A DNA stretch of 64,000 bases from Macrostomum lignano. Its lineage: Eukaryota. Shown piece by piece: positions 1 to 14,404 of the stretch. The position numbers were made by a program, and so were the translations under genes. The stretch lies in contig NIVC01000012.1 in assembly GCA_002269645.1 (NCBI GenBank), forward strand, positions 1,364,001-1,428,000, read 5' to 3'. Below the pieces are notes generated by a model. That model had not been told where the DNA came from and ran no database searches. It was given only the letters and a program-made list of their open reading frames with translations. How positions within the stretch are numbered: position 1 is the first letter of the stretch; every line of letters starts with the position of its first letter.

Positions 1-2440
1 TCTGAAATGACAGCAATTTCTTCACCGGAAGTGGAGAAAATATCTAATTAAATTGCGCAAAATCACGTCAACTTTTTTTCGAGAATCGGAGATGGCAAGC
101 AAGATTTCATTGCCAAACAGAATTCACCAATAGCTCATCTTTGGAAATTTCTGATCATTTTTCTATTATCTAAATTTACCTAGCTTTTTTGCTATTCCAT
201 TTAGAATTTAACATTCAGTCCAATTATTTTTGGTTGAAGTGCTTCATTCTCTCTCCCACTGTCTCCCTGCTTCCAGTTTCCCTCTCTTCCTTCTGCCCTT
301 CATCTATCAAAATAGTGCCTGTGCCCTCAATCCCTTTGCTTCGTTCGGGCCAAGCCAGTTCCTCGTGTTTTTCTGGCAGAGTCTATCAGTCGAGTTTTAG
401 GACAGGACAGGTTCAACCGGGGAGCCCCGCTGCCCTAAGGAGGCAGACAAACACCCGCTTGTGTATAACGGATGTCGCAAAAAAAGTTTTTTTTTGCACT
501 TTTTGCGCTTCCAGCCGCGTCCTAGCCTTACCCTTCAACCCGGTGCAACAGGTATAAATATGCTGCTGCTAAGCCTAATAAAAAGGGAGTTAATATTTGA
601 ACTCTTATTCCACATACAGAATTTGATGGACTGGGGTTCCCTACTATCTTATCGGCATGAATCTCATTCGTGACATTTGAAATCTGCAATCTGTAAGACT
701 ACATGGAGTTTCTGCTTAGAGAGACTTTATTGACCTAGCAAAGTCTCTAGTGTCGAAGTTTCTTTATAGGTTAGCTAGATAATTTGCCAAATTCTTGACA
801 AGAATCAATCTTAGCGAACACTGTTTGGATAGATCGATAGATACCTTCAGTTTCAAGCTTCAAAAGTACAAGGATTTAGAATCTTAAGAATCTTCTGAAG
901 CTTCGGTTTTTAAAAATTCTGTCTTGATCTTGTGCATGGATGCGCGCTCCTGTATTTAAACTAATAAAATATTTGAACTGGATTTGCGAAAACAGTTCAA
1001 TGGACCTCAGACCCTCGGCCACTATCAGGCTATTTTCTAAATGATCCCGCGCTCAAGTCAAGCAAAAATCCTTTAAACAGAGATTAGCAAACCGACTCCA
1101 GTTCGGTATTAGTCAAATAACTGACTCAAACTGGCTCAAAGTCCGATTTGTCAAACTGGATTATCGTTGTAAAACGCACTGGATTCAAAAGCAAGTCCAA
1201 AGCAAGGCTGAGTCAAATTAAACAAGATAATTTTTACATTAAAAAACGTTTCTAAACACGCGTCAGTAGCTTCACAGCAGACAAACTGAAGCTCGACTAG
1301 CTCCAAGTCTTGAGCTACACAAACATTAAAAGAGTCCCAAGCCTGACTATGATCTGATGGTGGCTGACAAAGTCGCATCACCCCTATTCACCGGACCCCT
1401 CTGGGTAACTCTACCATTTACTGTATGCAAGGCAACTGGTGGGTAAACTTTGATACACTGACTTGTTGCGAAGGCATACTAAAAAAAGTTTTGCATTATG
1501 AAAATAACAATAACTATGAATTAGTTCAGATCCGAAAAAAGAAGCTAGAAAGTAGGTTGCGCAAAGTTGATTAACGTAGTCGGATAATTTTTTATTGGAA
1601 AAGTTCCGATTTGAACTGTAGGATAAACTTTCTGGCAATAAAACTGATGTCTCTGCATTTCGAATAAGAATTAGGACTGCACAATGCGTGGGGAACTGCA
1701 GTGGGTAGAGGATGGGAAAGAATTAGAGAAGGGAGTGGGAGATAGAAGGTAGGGAGAGAGATTTGGGTGAGAAAGAGATAGAGATTAGTGAGAGGGAGAC
1801 AGAGATCAGGTGAAAAGAACAGTAGCTGCGGGTCTAGAACACTAGTTGGTGTTGCAGAAATGCAACAAGTGCTGCTATTTCAGCAGGATGAATTTGCGCA
1901 GCTGCTGTAACCAGCAACTACGGATTACGCAGAAAAACCTACATAGGTGTAAACATTAGTTTTTTTCTCATAGCGAAAACTTAACCGGTACACTGAAATA
2001 AAAATGCAAGCTTCAATTCGACTGGGCGCGAGACTTTGCTGTCCAGCACTGAGAATCAGTCAGCCGGGCTTTTAACTCGTCAGAACCCCGGATCAAGAAA
2101 GGCCGAAGCAAAGCAGGCTAGCAGACCAGTTCGATTGAGCAAATAAACTTGAAAATCCGCCTTTGCTTTTAACTGCACTTTGAGAAGCCCCCCCCCCAGC
2201 TCTGCGTGAGAGTCTCGCCACTCTCTGACCCTTCAAATCTGGATGTGATTCTTTTTACTTGAGCTTTCCAAACGTCTTGTCGTCAACTCTTCGTGAAGCT
2301 TAAGGAGACGACCTTCTGTCCAGCTCAGTTGGCAAAATACTCTCAGTTGTCTTCTTCTTCTGCTACCGTCCCCAGCCCCACAGAACCTTGGGAATTTGAG
2401 TCGGTCCGTCTGCGTGCGTGTCTCCCCCGTCTTGTCTGTT

Positions 2441-2577
<137 letters not shown>

Positions 2578-3589
2578 GACTTTCAAGACGAGAATGAATG
2601 CCAAAATGAAAATGGGTCCGCAAGACAGTCTTGTCAAGTCGCTAGAACACACTGCACACACATTTACTGACTTGACGACGTAGACCTTCTGAATATGTCA
2701 CCCACCATTGCGCTCCTATGGGGATTAGCGTTGCATAGTGCAGTCGCCCCTGTTGAGTACTGACTGAGTCGCTAAATTAGAACCAGCTGTGGGCCCGAGA
2801 TCGACCAAGATAGGAGAGAGGGAGGGTTTGGCAGGGCTAAAAGAGTATGTGGTAAAAATTTTCGAACTAATAATACGACCCTCGCTCGTTCGTTCATCCA
2901 TCTCTCTCCTCATTGCTGCGTCATGGAACCCAAGGTTCTATAGAGAGAGAGCCAGAGAGAGCCAGTCAGTGGGACCTCATATTTGCCCCTGTTAGCCTCT
3001 CTCTCCCTCGCTCCAGGGCGTTTGGATCTCGGTGACTCCCTGAATTTCCACATCGAGCTCATGAGAGTCAGTTAGGCAATCTTGTCTCATATTCCAGTGG
3101 TGACGCCTGCCTCTAGCCAAAAAGTGTCGAGTGACTGTTTGATCGTATACAGCAGATATTCTTGCTGGTGCGGATCTGTTTTGTACTTGCTTTTAGCCGA
3201 TGCCCAGCTGAGTTAGAGCAGCGCGTGCTCACAGTCAGTCACCTGCATTACTATATGCTTTATATGCAATGATATAAGAAGATGATACTTAAGCTAGTTT
3301 GTTCTTTAAGATGTGATAAAGTCTGTTCTCATATTTAACGGTAAAGCGTCTGACCTCAGTTAAAACTATTAGGCATCTGTCTTACCTGAAACCACTAAGC
3401 ATCTGGCCTCACCTGGAACTATTAAGCGTCTTGAGTCACCTGGAAGTGTTAATCATCTGGTCTGCATCTGGCCTTACCTGGAACCTTTGGGGCATCAAAG
3501 GAAAAATAAATTTTAGAATCCCACGACTTCCCTTGAGACAACGGAGACCGTGTTTCAATTTGAGGCACCCTGTCATTCTCCGATCACAG

Positions 3590-5706
3590 GTAGAGCCCTG
3601 CTGCTGGATGACTTACACAACGCACCGCGAGACTCAAGAGACTCTAACAATCCTTGACCGGCTGGATCTTGACACGGACAAATTAGCACCGGAGGATCTA
3701 TACAAGAAATTCGGCCTGGAGGACGAATACGAAAATAATGAACTGAATCTTTGGCAGAAGGTGAAGCCAAAGTTGTGGGCACTGTTTGACGAGCCCTATT
3801 CGTCGGTAGCAGCGAAGGTGAGCACAGAGTGCACGGACTGAGGTTGGTAGAGTGCACTAATTAAAGTTGGTGAAGTGCAAGACTTGAGGTGGGGAGAGAA
3901 CACGAATCGAGGTGGGTAGAGTGCACAAATTGAAGTGGGTAGAGTGCACAAATTGAAGTGGGTAGAATGCACGAGTTGAAGTGGGTAGAATGCACGATTT
4001 GAGGTGGGTAGAGTGCACAAATTGTGGTGGGTAGAGTGCACGAATTGAGGTGGGTGAGTTAAAAATACCCAATTTATTGCAAGATCCGACAATAAGGAGT
4101 CTGCTGCACATATACTCTCAAACTATATACTTCTCACAGATAGTCGCAGTCGTATCCGTGTTCTTCATCGTCATCAGCATCCTGTCCTTCTGCCTGAAGA
4201 CATTCCCGGGCCTTCGAGTTCCAATAATCACCAATGTGACAGTTGTTGTGGACAACAATGACACAATGTCCTATGCTCTGTACAAAACCCGCTCCGAGCC
4301 GCACTCGGCCTTTTTCTACATTGAATGCGTCTGCAACTCCTGGTTCACATTCGAGATTGTCACTCGGTTCTCTGTGACGCCGGACAAATTCGAGTTTCTC
4401 AAATCGCCAGTTAACATTATCGATTTTATTGCCACGCTGTCATTCTACATGGACCTGGTGCTGAATCAGGTCCTGTCTGAGGCTGAAGCCAGCTACGAAG
4501 TTCTGGAATTCTTTTCTATTATTCGAATTATGCGGTTATTTAAGCTCACCAGGTAAGTCATTGAGATTGCTTGCGAGGATCCTGGCGACATTGTCCATTT
4601 TGCATAGTTTTGACAAGTTGAACGCAGGGTCAAGAAATAAATATTATGCCCTGCACCACTGAGACCCCAATTTACAAATTTTAGCTTATTTACAGTACGT
4701 AGAATAATTTTACTGCAGCTCAACTAACCCGTCATTTTTCGCAGACATATCGCCGGCCTGAAGATACTCATCCACACGTTCAAGGCCTCGGCCAAGGAGC
4801 TGTTGCTGCTAGTCTTTTTCCTAATAGTCTTCATAGTGGTATTCGCGGCGCTAATCTACTACGCGGAGAGAATACATTACAATCCGGAAAATTCATTCGA
4901 TTCTATTCCTATCGGCTTGTGGTGGGCCATTGTCACCATGACAACGGTTGGCTACGGAGATATGGCGCCAAAGACTTACGCGGGTAAGTTGTGTGTGCCT
5001 GGCTGAAATTTACAATAGTAGCTCGTGTCATTATCTTCACGTAATTTAAGAAGGTTCAGGTGCGTAGTAAAGAGCACAAGAACTAGTGTGCAAATCTGGG
5101 ACTTTGAGGTGATTGTAAGCCACACAATCTTGCGCACAGAGATACGTACGTGCTGGAGCGCACACTCACACGGATTTACTCATACTCGGGAGATGCATAC
5201 ACAAACACTTCGAAATGGGATTGGTTTCCTTGAGCGTGTGAATCATACGTCAAGCACCACGTCGATTTTCTTGCACGAGCCTCAAAATTGGAAAGAATTG
5301 TGCCGCGCAGTCTACGCGCAATTTAGTTAGTATTTGTATGCCTTCATCGAAAGCGTTCGAAACAATACTGTAATAATTTATTACACTTCAAAAACACCTT
5401 CCAATCTCCATCTAGGTATGTTCGTCGGAGCTCTGTGCGCGCTCACTGGTGTGCTCACCATCGCTCTGCCAGTCCCGGTGATCGTGTCCAACTTCTCCAT
5501 GTTCTACTCGCACACCCAGGCCCGGAGCAAGCTGCCAAAGAAGCGCCGTCGAGTGCTACCAGTCGAAGCTGTCAGGCCGAAAGTCGCCGGAACGGTACCC
5601 GGCAGCGGCCTGCTGAAAGGTGCCGGCGGTGCCGGCGGCAACGCGAGACGATTCAACGCCATGAAGTCTGGCCCAGGGTTGTTGGACTCCAAGCTCAATC
5701 GGCTTG
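3590..5706 (+). CDS. Shaw: Shaw/Kv3 voltage-gated K+ channel, core exons 3590-3817, 4140-4552, 4745-4983, 5416-5706 (5'-partial; T1 domain exon not found in window)
   Basis: VEPCCWMTY end of T1, [11 protein letters not shown] pre-S1, S4 [12 protein letters not shown], pore TMTTVGYGD and S6 [14 protein letters not shown] boundaries have consistent phases (0, 2, 1). Confidence 0.96.
3845..4055. repeat. ~24-bp degenerate minisatellite (GGGTAGAGTGCACAAATTGAAGTG) in Shaw intron
   Basis: About 8 tandem units inside intron 3818-4139. Confidence 0.9.
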
Positions 5707-8700
5707 GTAAGCAGTTATTGCTGCGGATCAACGTGGAAGATTCGCTTTTTGTACTCGTAGTAATGAGTTTTTGCCCCCTCTTGAGACCGAGTTTCTATGT
5801 TTCTAAAATGTTATAAATTCATTGTTTTAGTAGTCGTATAAATAATTTTTATATCCCAAACATTCGTCTGCAAGAGTCCCCAAATGTTAAAATTGGCGAT
5901 TAGAACTTTTTTACAACGGAAATACTCGGAATGATAGTATAGAAATTTGGCTTCTTTATACTATCTTAAACGTAGAGAGATATTTTTTAGTCCATCAATT
6001 GCCTGGTCCGGTTGTCAGGCCACCGCCTTTTTTCTTAGCCTGTCTCAGCAAGCCCAACCCTACCAAAGCGATCCATGCATATTGCATGTTTTCCGAAACC
6101 CCGGTTGGGTGACAGAAGACGAGCGATCCGCCTGCTCCTGAGAGTGATAAAGCAATCTCTTCTTGCTTGATCCACTCGCCAACTCTTCCAAACTAAGAAG
6201 GATCTGTTCGCCACGACGTCACCCCAGGACTGAACTGGGGCTTGTCTCTGGCAATCAATGCTCCCAGAAGGACGGCTTGTTCGATTTCCAACCCTATCTT
6301 TCCCACCACCATCTCCCCTATTTTTTTGCTCAAAAGCGGCGGGACTCAAAGCGGAGGGTGGAGGGTGTTTCCGGGGAGGCAAGCTTAAGGAGGGAGAGCA
6401 AGATGTGGGACGCGCTGTTCGAGACCAATTTTTCTGGTCTAGCTCAGCTATGGGCTTGTCTCTATTGCATCTAATAGACTGGAACTGGGTAAATAACATC
6501 CCTGTATTCAGGGAATTAATTAATTTCTTTATTTCTCCCAAGCAAACAACGCCACCTTACGTTAATAGTAGGAATTCCGGTAGAAATGGACTCATCTTGT
6601 TACCCAATTTTACAACTTTGAATTTAACTTTTCGTGCCTGGTTTTTTCGAGTGGTTGCAATTTGTTTTTTTCTTCCGATTTTAACGAACTGTAAAATGTA
6701 CTTACTTGACATTAAATTGAATGCACAATAGATAGGTACAAACGTGCACTACAAGAATCCCTTGCACTACAAGATGTTGTGTAGTTCATTTCTAGAATAT
6801 ACTGCCGTGCTCATTCAAGGTGAATCTGAACTGATAGAATTTGTGAATTTTTAAACGTGAATTTGCAGGTGCCACCACTCTACAATCAATGATGACACCA
6901 TTTAGTAAGTTGCTCCACTTCGAATTTGATTTGAGTCGGCCGAGGTGTGGCAACGAATGGCAGTTTAGTCATGATTTTTGCCCTCGATTTTCCAAATTAC
7001 TCACCTAAATAATTTTCATTTTTTGTTTAAATTTCAACCTACTGATGCCGCAGAATAACTGATTCACTTGTGTTTCATTATTTGTGTTGTTAAGAATTCT
7101 TCCTATGATAATGCATAACTTGATGATTAGTGATACTCAGAAGGTTTGAATCAATATTAACAATGGCCATGAACTCGTAATTTCATTGTTGTGACTGGCT
7201 TGTTAGCTACTAGAAAATTAGCTAAGGATATAAAATTGGCGTGCTTAACAAGCGCTGATTTGTTTGACTGCTCTGAGTTCACCAGCTACTAACCATAGGG
7301 GCCGGTGTAATAACTAATAATAATAATAATAATAGCACTTACTACAAAAGAATAACACTTTAAACAAATTGAAGTACCCAGAATTCTTTATTATTTTAAC
7401 ATATTATAATTTTTCTTCAAACTCGCAACGTTACCTTTGCTATTTAACTCGCAATGATTTATTGTCATATTCTAGTTAACCTTACCGCACAACTTATGCC
7501 AGGATTTTACCCGTCTAGCCTGAACTTCGTATCATATCACGAAGGTAATAAGACACATTATGTAAGACAGTTTAGAAAAAAACAATTGTTATAAGTTGCC
7601 GTGCTGACAATATCGGCTCCGTATCATTTATTGCCATAAAGTTTTCGTGAAACTTTATACTCGTACATATACTACTTTTGAAGTTATCAGTAGTCTGCAA
7701 AATACTGACTTACTTACTGAGTTTTAATGATTGTCTACGCTTTTAAATTTTATCCCCGTGCCACCGAATCCACATCCACCGAATTTCTCGACGTACTTGA
7801 TGTACCTGATATCGATTGGGGCGGCTGGAGAATGAGGTTGTTGTACGGGCTCTTTAGTAGCATCAGCAAAGTTTTGCAAAAATAAAGCTTTGTGTTTACT
7901 GCATAAATGCATGGCTAAATGATTTTAAATATTTTATTGTTTGGATAATGTATGCCAGAAAGTAATAGAATTTTTTACTACAACTTCTATAGGTTACGGC
8001 GTATAATGGTATATTGTAGCCTAAAAGTCAATGATGCAACTGATTAAAATTAAATAAGCTTCTCCACCTGTGCTATAGCTGCTGAAAGGTTTAAAAGTGC
8101 ATCCTTGTCCACCTAAAGTAATTAGAGTTTTGCATGCCTGATGTTCACTGGCTTGTACGTAGAATACCGCTATAATTCTTCGGCTAAACGCACCGATGTT
8201 TTTAGGATTTGAGTAAGCAACCTATCCGCAATCGCTCTGACTAAAACGGAGTTGGACAAAAATTTTCAATTTTTCAGATCCCCAAAATTTTATACAACTG
8301 ACTCAAATGACTCAATCCACACCTCAACCGAGTGATACGCAGTCCAGTAAGTTATTTTTTTAAGTTTCCTTGGTCCGTGACGCATTTTAATTGACTGAAA
8401 ATCTCACGGAATGAATGCAGAACGAATCTGAGACAGTGGAGCACTGCTTAATGAGGAATAGCAAGCTTCCATACCTCAGTTGCTTTGAGCATGCTTCTCA
8501 GCCAACTTGCAGCGGCCTGAAAGATGCACTCATTTTTTCATATTTTCACCGATCGAAATGAAGGCTTCCTAATCATTTGGCGGCCTTATCAGGGAGGCAT
8601 GAAGAGTTTGATGTTGATGAATGCGGGGAGAAAGCTAACGATATGTTTCGACAGCCTTTTTTGTTTATTAGAAGCGAGCTTTTGAGCAGTGGAGCAAATT

Positions 8701-9148
8701 GATTTTTGTTTTGTATACTGTTTATCCGCAATAAAAATGCAATAGATTTTACCTTGGCTTTTAAAATTTGCAACTAATCTCACGCAGGTTTCAGTTAAGA
8801 AATCAAAAAAATATTAATATTTTCTACTATTTTTTAACACTGATTCTCCAACTTTTTTTACTGATTGATGATTTACTAACCATAAAATGTTGAACAAACA
8901 AGCACACATAGGGGTCGATCCATATGTGCAAGAAAATTTAGACCTACATTTTCATTTTTCAAGTTTTTGGGTTAAAAGACGGTCACCATCCTCGCTATCC
9001 ACTCTATCAGATTGTGTCAAATAATCCATCTCTATATTCCGACATTGAATTTCATTTTGATTGCTTATTAACTTTTCCTGGGTGTCGGTCACTATCCCGT
9101 GAAAATGCATGCCAAGAACCCCCCCTATTTAATACCCAACTTGCGCAG

Positions 9149-11182
9149 GTCTGAAAGAGGAGCAATTGCCCATGCTGCTGGTGAACAGTAGCACTGGGCA
9201 GGTGGAGCAGCAGAGCACAGGTACACAGCAGCAGCCATACCAGCTGCATGCCAGGCGAGCAGCTGTTATTCAGCTAGACGAGCCAATTCTTACCTCTGTT
9301 GAGCAGCCAAAGGTGCTCGTTGAGGCCTCCGAGGAGCAGAGACGGCACCAAATCGCACAGCCTGATCACTGTTTGAGCAGCACTGGCACTGATTCGCAGA
9401 TCATTTCCTCATCACAGTCCGCACAGCAGGGTGTCACCGGTATAAAATTATCTCAGATTCAGAGAGCATCTGAAATTTTAATTCTGGTTGATGTTAAAAG
9501 TTATTCTGCTGTGTGTGCTTTTGCAGTCGATAATGCACGTCATTTTAATTGAACCTTCCCTACATTGGGCCGTATGCAGAAAGCCTAGTCCAGACTAGCT
9601 AGTCCGGACTTGGGTAGTTCAGTCTATAGTCTATGGTCTAGCTAGCCTAGTTCTGCTATAGTAGACTGGTCTAACTTTGTGTTTCTGCATACCAAATCCA
9701 AGTCCAGACTAGCTTTTCAAGACCGAACTACCCTAGACAGAGCTTTCTGCATACGGCCCATTGTCTTACTGATTATGGCTCTGTCAGTTTCTTAACGCTT
9801 TCGTCATATAGCTACTGTTTGTGGAAAATCTGGGCTGTGCCTACTATATCACCAAGCTTCACTTTGATGTACTCTTGCACGATAGTAAACTTTATTGCTT
9901 AAGCAGTTGCGCGTCATGGTATTTAATTTGCGACATGCCGTGCGAGCTGTTTGATCGAATTCCGTAGATGAAAAACCTTTCGGATAAGCTGGGGAAATCT
10001 TATTAAAAGGCCAAAGGTGCATTGTTAGGCTTAAAACGCATTTTTAAGTAGAATTGATTTATCAAAATGCATGTAACTAATCTGCCGTAACTATCCTAAG
10101 TCTTTCTAAAGGCAGTCTAAGCTCAAAGTTACATTGAGCTGAGCTTCTCATTGTGGTTCATGTACGCAACGAATACCCCGTTTTGGAAATGTGGTGCCGT
10201 TAATCTTCGATAATCAATTGTAAAGTTGTAAGAAGCTCATAAGTAACGCTATTCGTTGGAGGTAACTTTATTGCTTGGAGCTATAGGTCTTTGGTTGAAT
10301 TACTGCTCAATTTTGAACATAGAAAGCCCAGCACAGAAACCAGCAGTCGCTTCGAATTCGATACCAACCGCAGGGGGCAACGCCAGCGAGGAAAACCACT
10401 CGGGCTCGGCCGGGGAGCAGCTGACTCAGCCGGAGGATATGCGAGCAATTATTCATCATTCTAGACTGCCAGGTAAGAAGCTGAATTGGTGTCTAAGCTG
10501 GAGCCACAGATCGATGGATGACGACGATTTACGTCGGTTTGATTTCAAAATTAACATTTCCAGCGGCGTCGAAAAATGTTGCAATTTTTGACAATGTCGC
10601 CGACATCGCATCACTGTACGGATTAGGAAGATGCACAAAATTTATTTGGCGATCCAATTTTTCTCCTTTATTCAAGATGTATTCTTACTTTTGCATCCGG
10701 ACAACTGAAGACCAAAAGGTCAAAACACACTTCTCGATCGCCAATAGTGAACTTTTAGCCTCCAAAAACGCATAAATAACTCAATTGTCAATTAATTGTC
10801 AATGCAGCGCTTTAATCTTGCGAAACAGGGTGTTGCAAGAAAATCCCACTAACTACAAAGAGTTAGGTCTTCTTTATGCTGACACGTTTGTAAAGTCTAG
10901 CTCTAGTATTGATTTTAAATGAAACATGAACGAACAACTCGAATTAAAGCCTATAGTGTAAAAGTGAATCAAAGCAGACATTCGTTTATTATAAACAGCA
11001 GTTTGACTTCAACAGATGCCCCCCCCCCTGAACTGACCCTCTCGCAGGCGTCAACGGTGTTGAGAGTCGCTCGGCGAGTCCAGTCGACGCAACGCCTCAC
11101 AAAGGCACCGCTGACACTAAGTTCGTCTGAAACCGAGGCCCCGACGCAGTCAGCTGGTCAATTTGATACAGCGATTCCTTAG
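9149..11182 (+). CDS. Shaw: Probable Shaw C-terminal exons 9149-9439, 10323-10472, 11016-11182 (stop TAG)
   Basis: Each has an AG acceptor in phase 1, matching the phase-1 donor at 5707. The internal exons are 291 and 150 nt (frame-preserving) with low-complexity S/Q/A/T coding. There is no conserved motif, and the donor at 9440 is weak (alternative at 9431). Confidence 0.55.
9567..9759. mobile_element. 193-bp MITE, PIF/Harbinger-like
   Basis: Perfect 18-bp TIRs GGGCCGTATGCAGAAAGC (9567-9584) and GCTTTCTGCATACGGCCC (9742-9759), with a 3-bp ATT duplication on both sides. Confidence 0.85.
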
Positions 11183-11714
11183 AAACTGAACCAAGTAAGA
11201 CTCTGTCGAAACTGTATTATCAATCTGATCTCAAAAATGCCCATCAGTCTGTTCTTTTTCTGATTTTTCATTTCCGCTTTTGTCTTGTGATATGGTTAAG
11301 TCTATAGGAGACTCGTAAGCGTACAGCAGATTGAGTATCTCCATCCTTGTAATTATCATCTACACTGAACCCCTCTAGAAGCTAACCAGCTTTACAGCAT
11401 TGTAAACTAATTTTCAAGATTTGTACGCCTTTGTGAGTTTCTGAAATTGGATTGCCATGTTTACTTCATGGATCTCTCTAAGATGCAATATGGAACCGTG
11501 CCTATACATGTGAACCTAAAGTTTTTACCCATGGGGGACTCACAACCGAGAACGCTTTTAACCGATGCCAGTGGCGTACTCGGGTGCCGACAACCACCCA
11601 TTTAGCCCCTCCAAAAAGATAAGAAAAGGTCTACAATCTGAATGTATCACATGAGCTGCAACACTTAAATACTTCTTGGACAGGGCATATGTATGCCTAG
11701 TAAGGTTAGGAGAC

Positions 11715-12045
11715 GCATACCAAGAGACAGGGTGCCAACCATGAGACAGCCCCCACCAAGAGACAGGGGCACCCACCAAGAGACAGGCCGGGCACCCACC
11801 AAGAGACAGGGGCACCCACCAAGAGACGGGGGGCGCCCACTAAGAGACAGGTGCGCCCACCAAGAGACAGGTGCGCCCACCAAGAGACAGGGGCACCCAC
11901 CAAGAGACGGGGGGCGCCCACTAAGAGACAGGGGGCGCCCACCAAGAGACAGGTGCGCCCACCAAGAGACAGATGCGCCCACCAAGAGACAGGGGCGCCC
12001 ACCAAGAGACAGGTGCGCCCACCAAGAGACATGGGCGCCCATCAA
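11715..12045. repeat. 20-22-bp GC-rich minisatellite (CCCACCAAGAGACAGGGGCGC)
   Basis: About 15 tandem variant units. Confidence 0.95.
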
Positions 12046-14404
12046 CCAAGGAAAATAATATACTCATACGTGCATTCGGGTGCACATATTAATAAAATTT
12101 GTCCCTTATTGTAAAGCTTGTAAATGACTTGGAAAAAACTTTTTACTGCCTATCCAATTCTAGTGACAGGATGTCAAGGGTAACTCTGGGTCAATCAATG
12201 TCCAAAATTTATATCAGTTCAATTTACAAAAACCAAACAATCGGTTGTGCCACTCGCCGATCATTCTGATTCCCTGTGTGTTGCTCCGTGAACTTTTCTG
12301 TTTATAGTTACTTTCTTTCGTTCTTTTACCTGCTGTTATGTAAGCGTCTGTTGAAATACCGAACCCTGTTTGCTTTGTGTTTGCCTTCTGTGCTAATTAA
12401 GCAAGAACTGTTCATCAGCTATACTGCTTCTGTTCGCTTTGTGAGCTGTGCTACTAACAGTACCACCAAATACGTAAAATATGGCATCATTGTAAAATAG
12501 AATTTTTTGAGCGCGAAATACGGCGTGTGAGATAGAGAGAATTTGTTATTTTTATCATTTAGTCAACTATGCTACCTGTTTGGATGAATGTTGTCAAGTT
12601 GGATGTACATACATTAAATAAAGCCAGTTGCAAGTTTTAATGTCTCATATTTGCCAGTCCTGTACCACGTTGTTATTCAAAGTCCCTTTGCTCTGCTGCC
12701 TGGCAATCAGTCGGTCTTTTACCTGCCAATTTTTAGCTTAATTAAAGGGGCGCCGGCCTTAGCTGAATTAAAATAATATTCAACCGACAACAGCAATCGT
12801 AAACAAGTTTTTTTAAACTCTTTGGTCAGCTGAGGCAATTTATCAAAATCTGTCATACGCATGGGCTTGAAGATGTCTTTTACAGGGTTTACTGAGAGAT
12901 CGCTTATTCCAGGCTGTGATTAAAACTATTTTAAGTCCTTAACAAATTTATTTGGACATGAAATTAATCTTTAAGACTAATGATGGGGTATACAATAGCC
13001 ATTTTTGCAGTAGGTCAGAGCATTTTCCGCCAGCACCATTCTGCAAGTTAAGCAGATTTGGTCGCGGTTAGTAGAATTTGAGCGGCAAGTGATGAAAAAG
13101 TTCAGCTCTGCAAAACCACCCCAGTTGAGATGGGTGCAGCTCGGAGATCAGTCAGTGAGCTCATGCATTACATGTGCATCGCACGTAACGGTTTATTACA
13201 GTCCTGATATATTAACAATACAAGCCCAGTTAGCAGTTGGCAATCAGCATGCCCAAGGAAACTCCTGCTCAAGTAACTTAAGGCTGTTCCCCAACAATGT
13301 CCACAATCAATTTTCTCTTGTACCCAACCTGTGGAGCTTTGTTAACTAGGAATGCATGCTATTTGTTAGCTAGGTCCGCTTTCAGTACGTGCGCAATGAA
13401 CCGTTCCAACACAAAACTATGTGACTTCTGTGTCGGCAAACTGTTTGGTGAGCAAGCATTGCGACTGCTGTTGGCTTCAGAGTTGAACTAACAAGGGCCG
13501 GGGGAAGTTCCCACCCCCTGACAATTTTTTTTCTGCACCGGGACGGAACAGCGCAGGCACACGAAATGAAAAAATTAGACTAACTTTTGTTGCACACCTT
13601 CTCAAACAAGAGTCAAGTCGAATGCACTACGGATCGTCGAGATTTTTAAAAATTCTGCCAGAAGGTCGGATTTTTCCCTTAAACGCTAGTGTAATCGGTG
13701 CATCAACTTCTGTTCTAATCAGCACTGCGCCTCAGCGCGGCCTTGCCAAGCCTCCAAATTTCATCAGCACGTCGACCACAAGTGTCTGCGTCATCTCTGA
13801 CTGCTTCAGGAATTGCTTCAGTGCGCTGGGTGTAAGACGATGTCGCTGAAGCTTTGCGCCAACTGAGCCGACAACCCTGCTGCGAATATAATTATTTTTA
13901 TTGTCATTATTATTAATAACAACTAATTAATAAGTAGTTAGTGCCACAGGGTCCCTAAATCTAATTAAATGCTCACTGTGGCGACGAAAGAGAAAAGATG
14001 GACTGTCTTTTGTTCCGGTTTCCAGTTACGATCTTGTGTCTGACAAGATCACCGAATCATTTCTTATAACTATTGCAATAATTAAAAGAAAATCATTGCA
14101 TTGGCTACTGGGATCGGATTATATAAAACTTAGATTGTCATTTGGACTACTGCTAATTGCTCGCGCTGATCAAAGCGCTGATCAGGGATTGTTTGTCGGA
14201 TTGCCTGATTGTTAGTGTTTGTGAAGTGATGCGTTTTTGTGAGGCTGCAATTTCCACTAACTGGGGAGCTGGGACACACCGGCTATCGCTATTGGCTCGC
14301 TCTATACTTTGTTACTCAGGACTATTTCTAAAAGCCAGATGCGGGAAGCTGGAGGAGCAAGAGCTCTTCTCCTAGAGCACCAATTCTGAATCAGTTGATC
14401 CACG

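Noticed and set aside
11693-12114. Overlapping ORFs over the CCCACCAAGAGACAG array
   Set aside because: Minisatellite translation artefacts.
12240-12730. Possible solo LTR
   Set aside because: No second copy, TSD or convincing TG...CA boundaries could be fixed.
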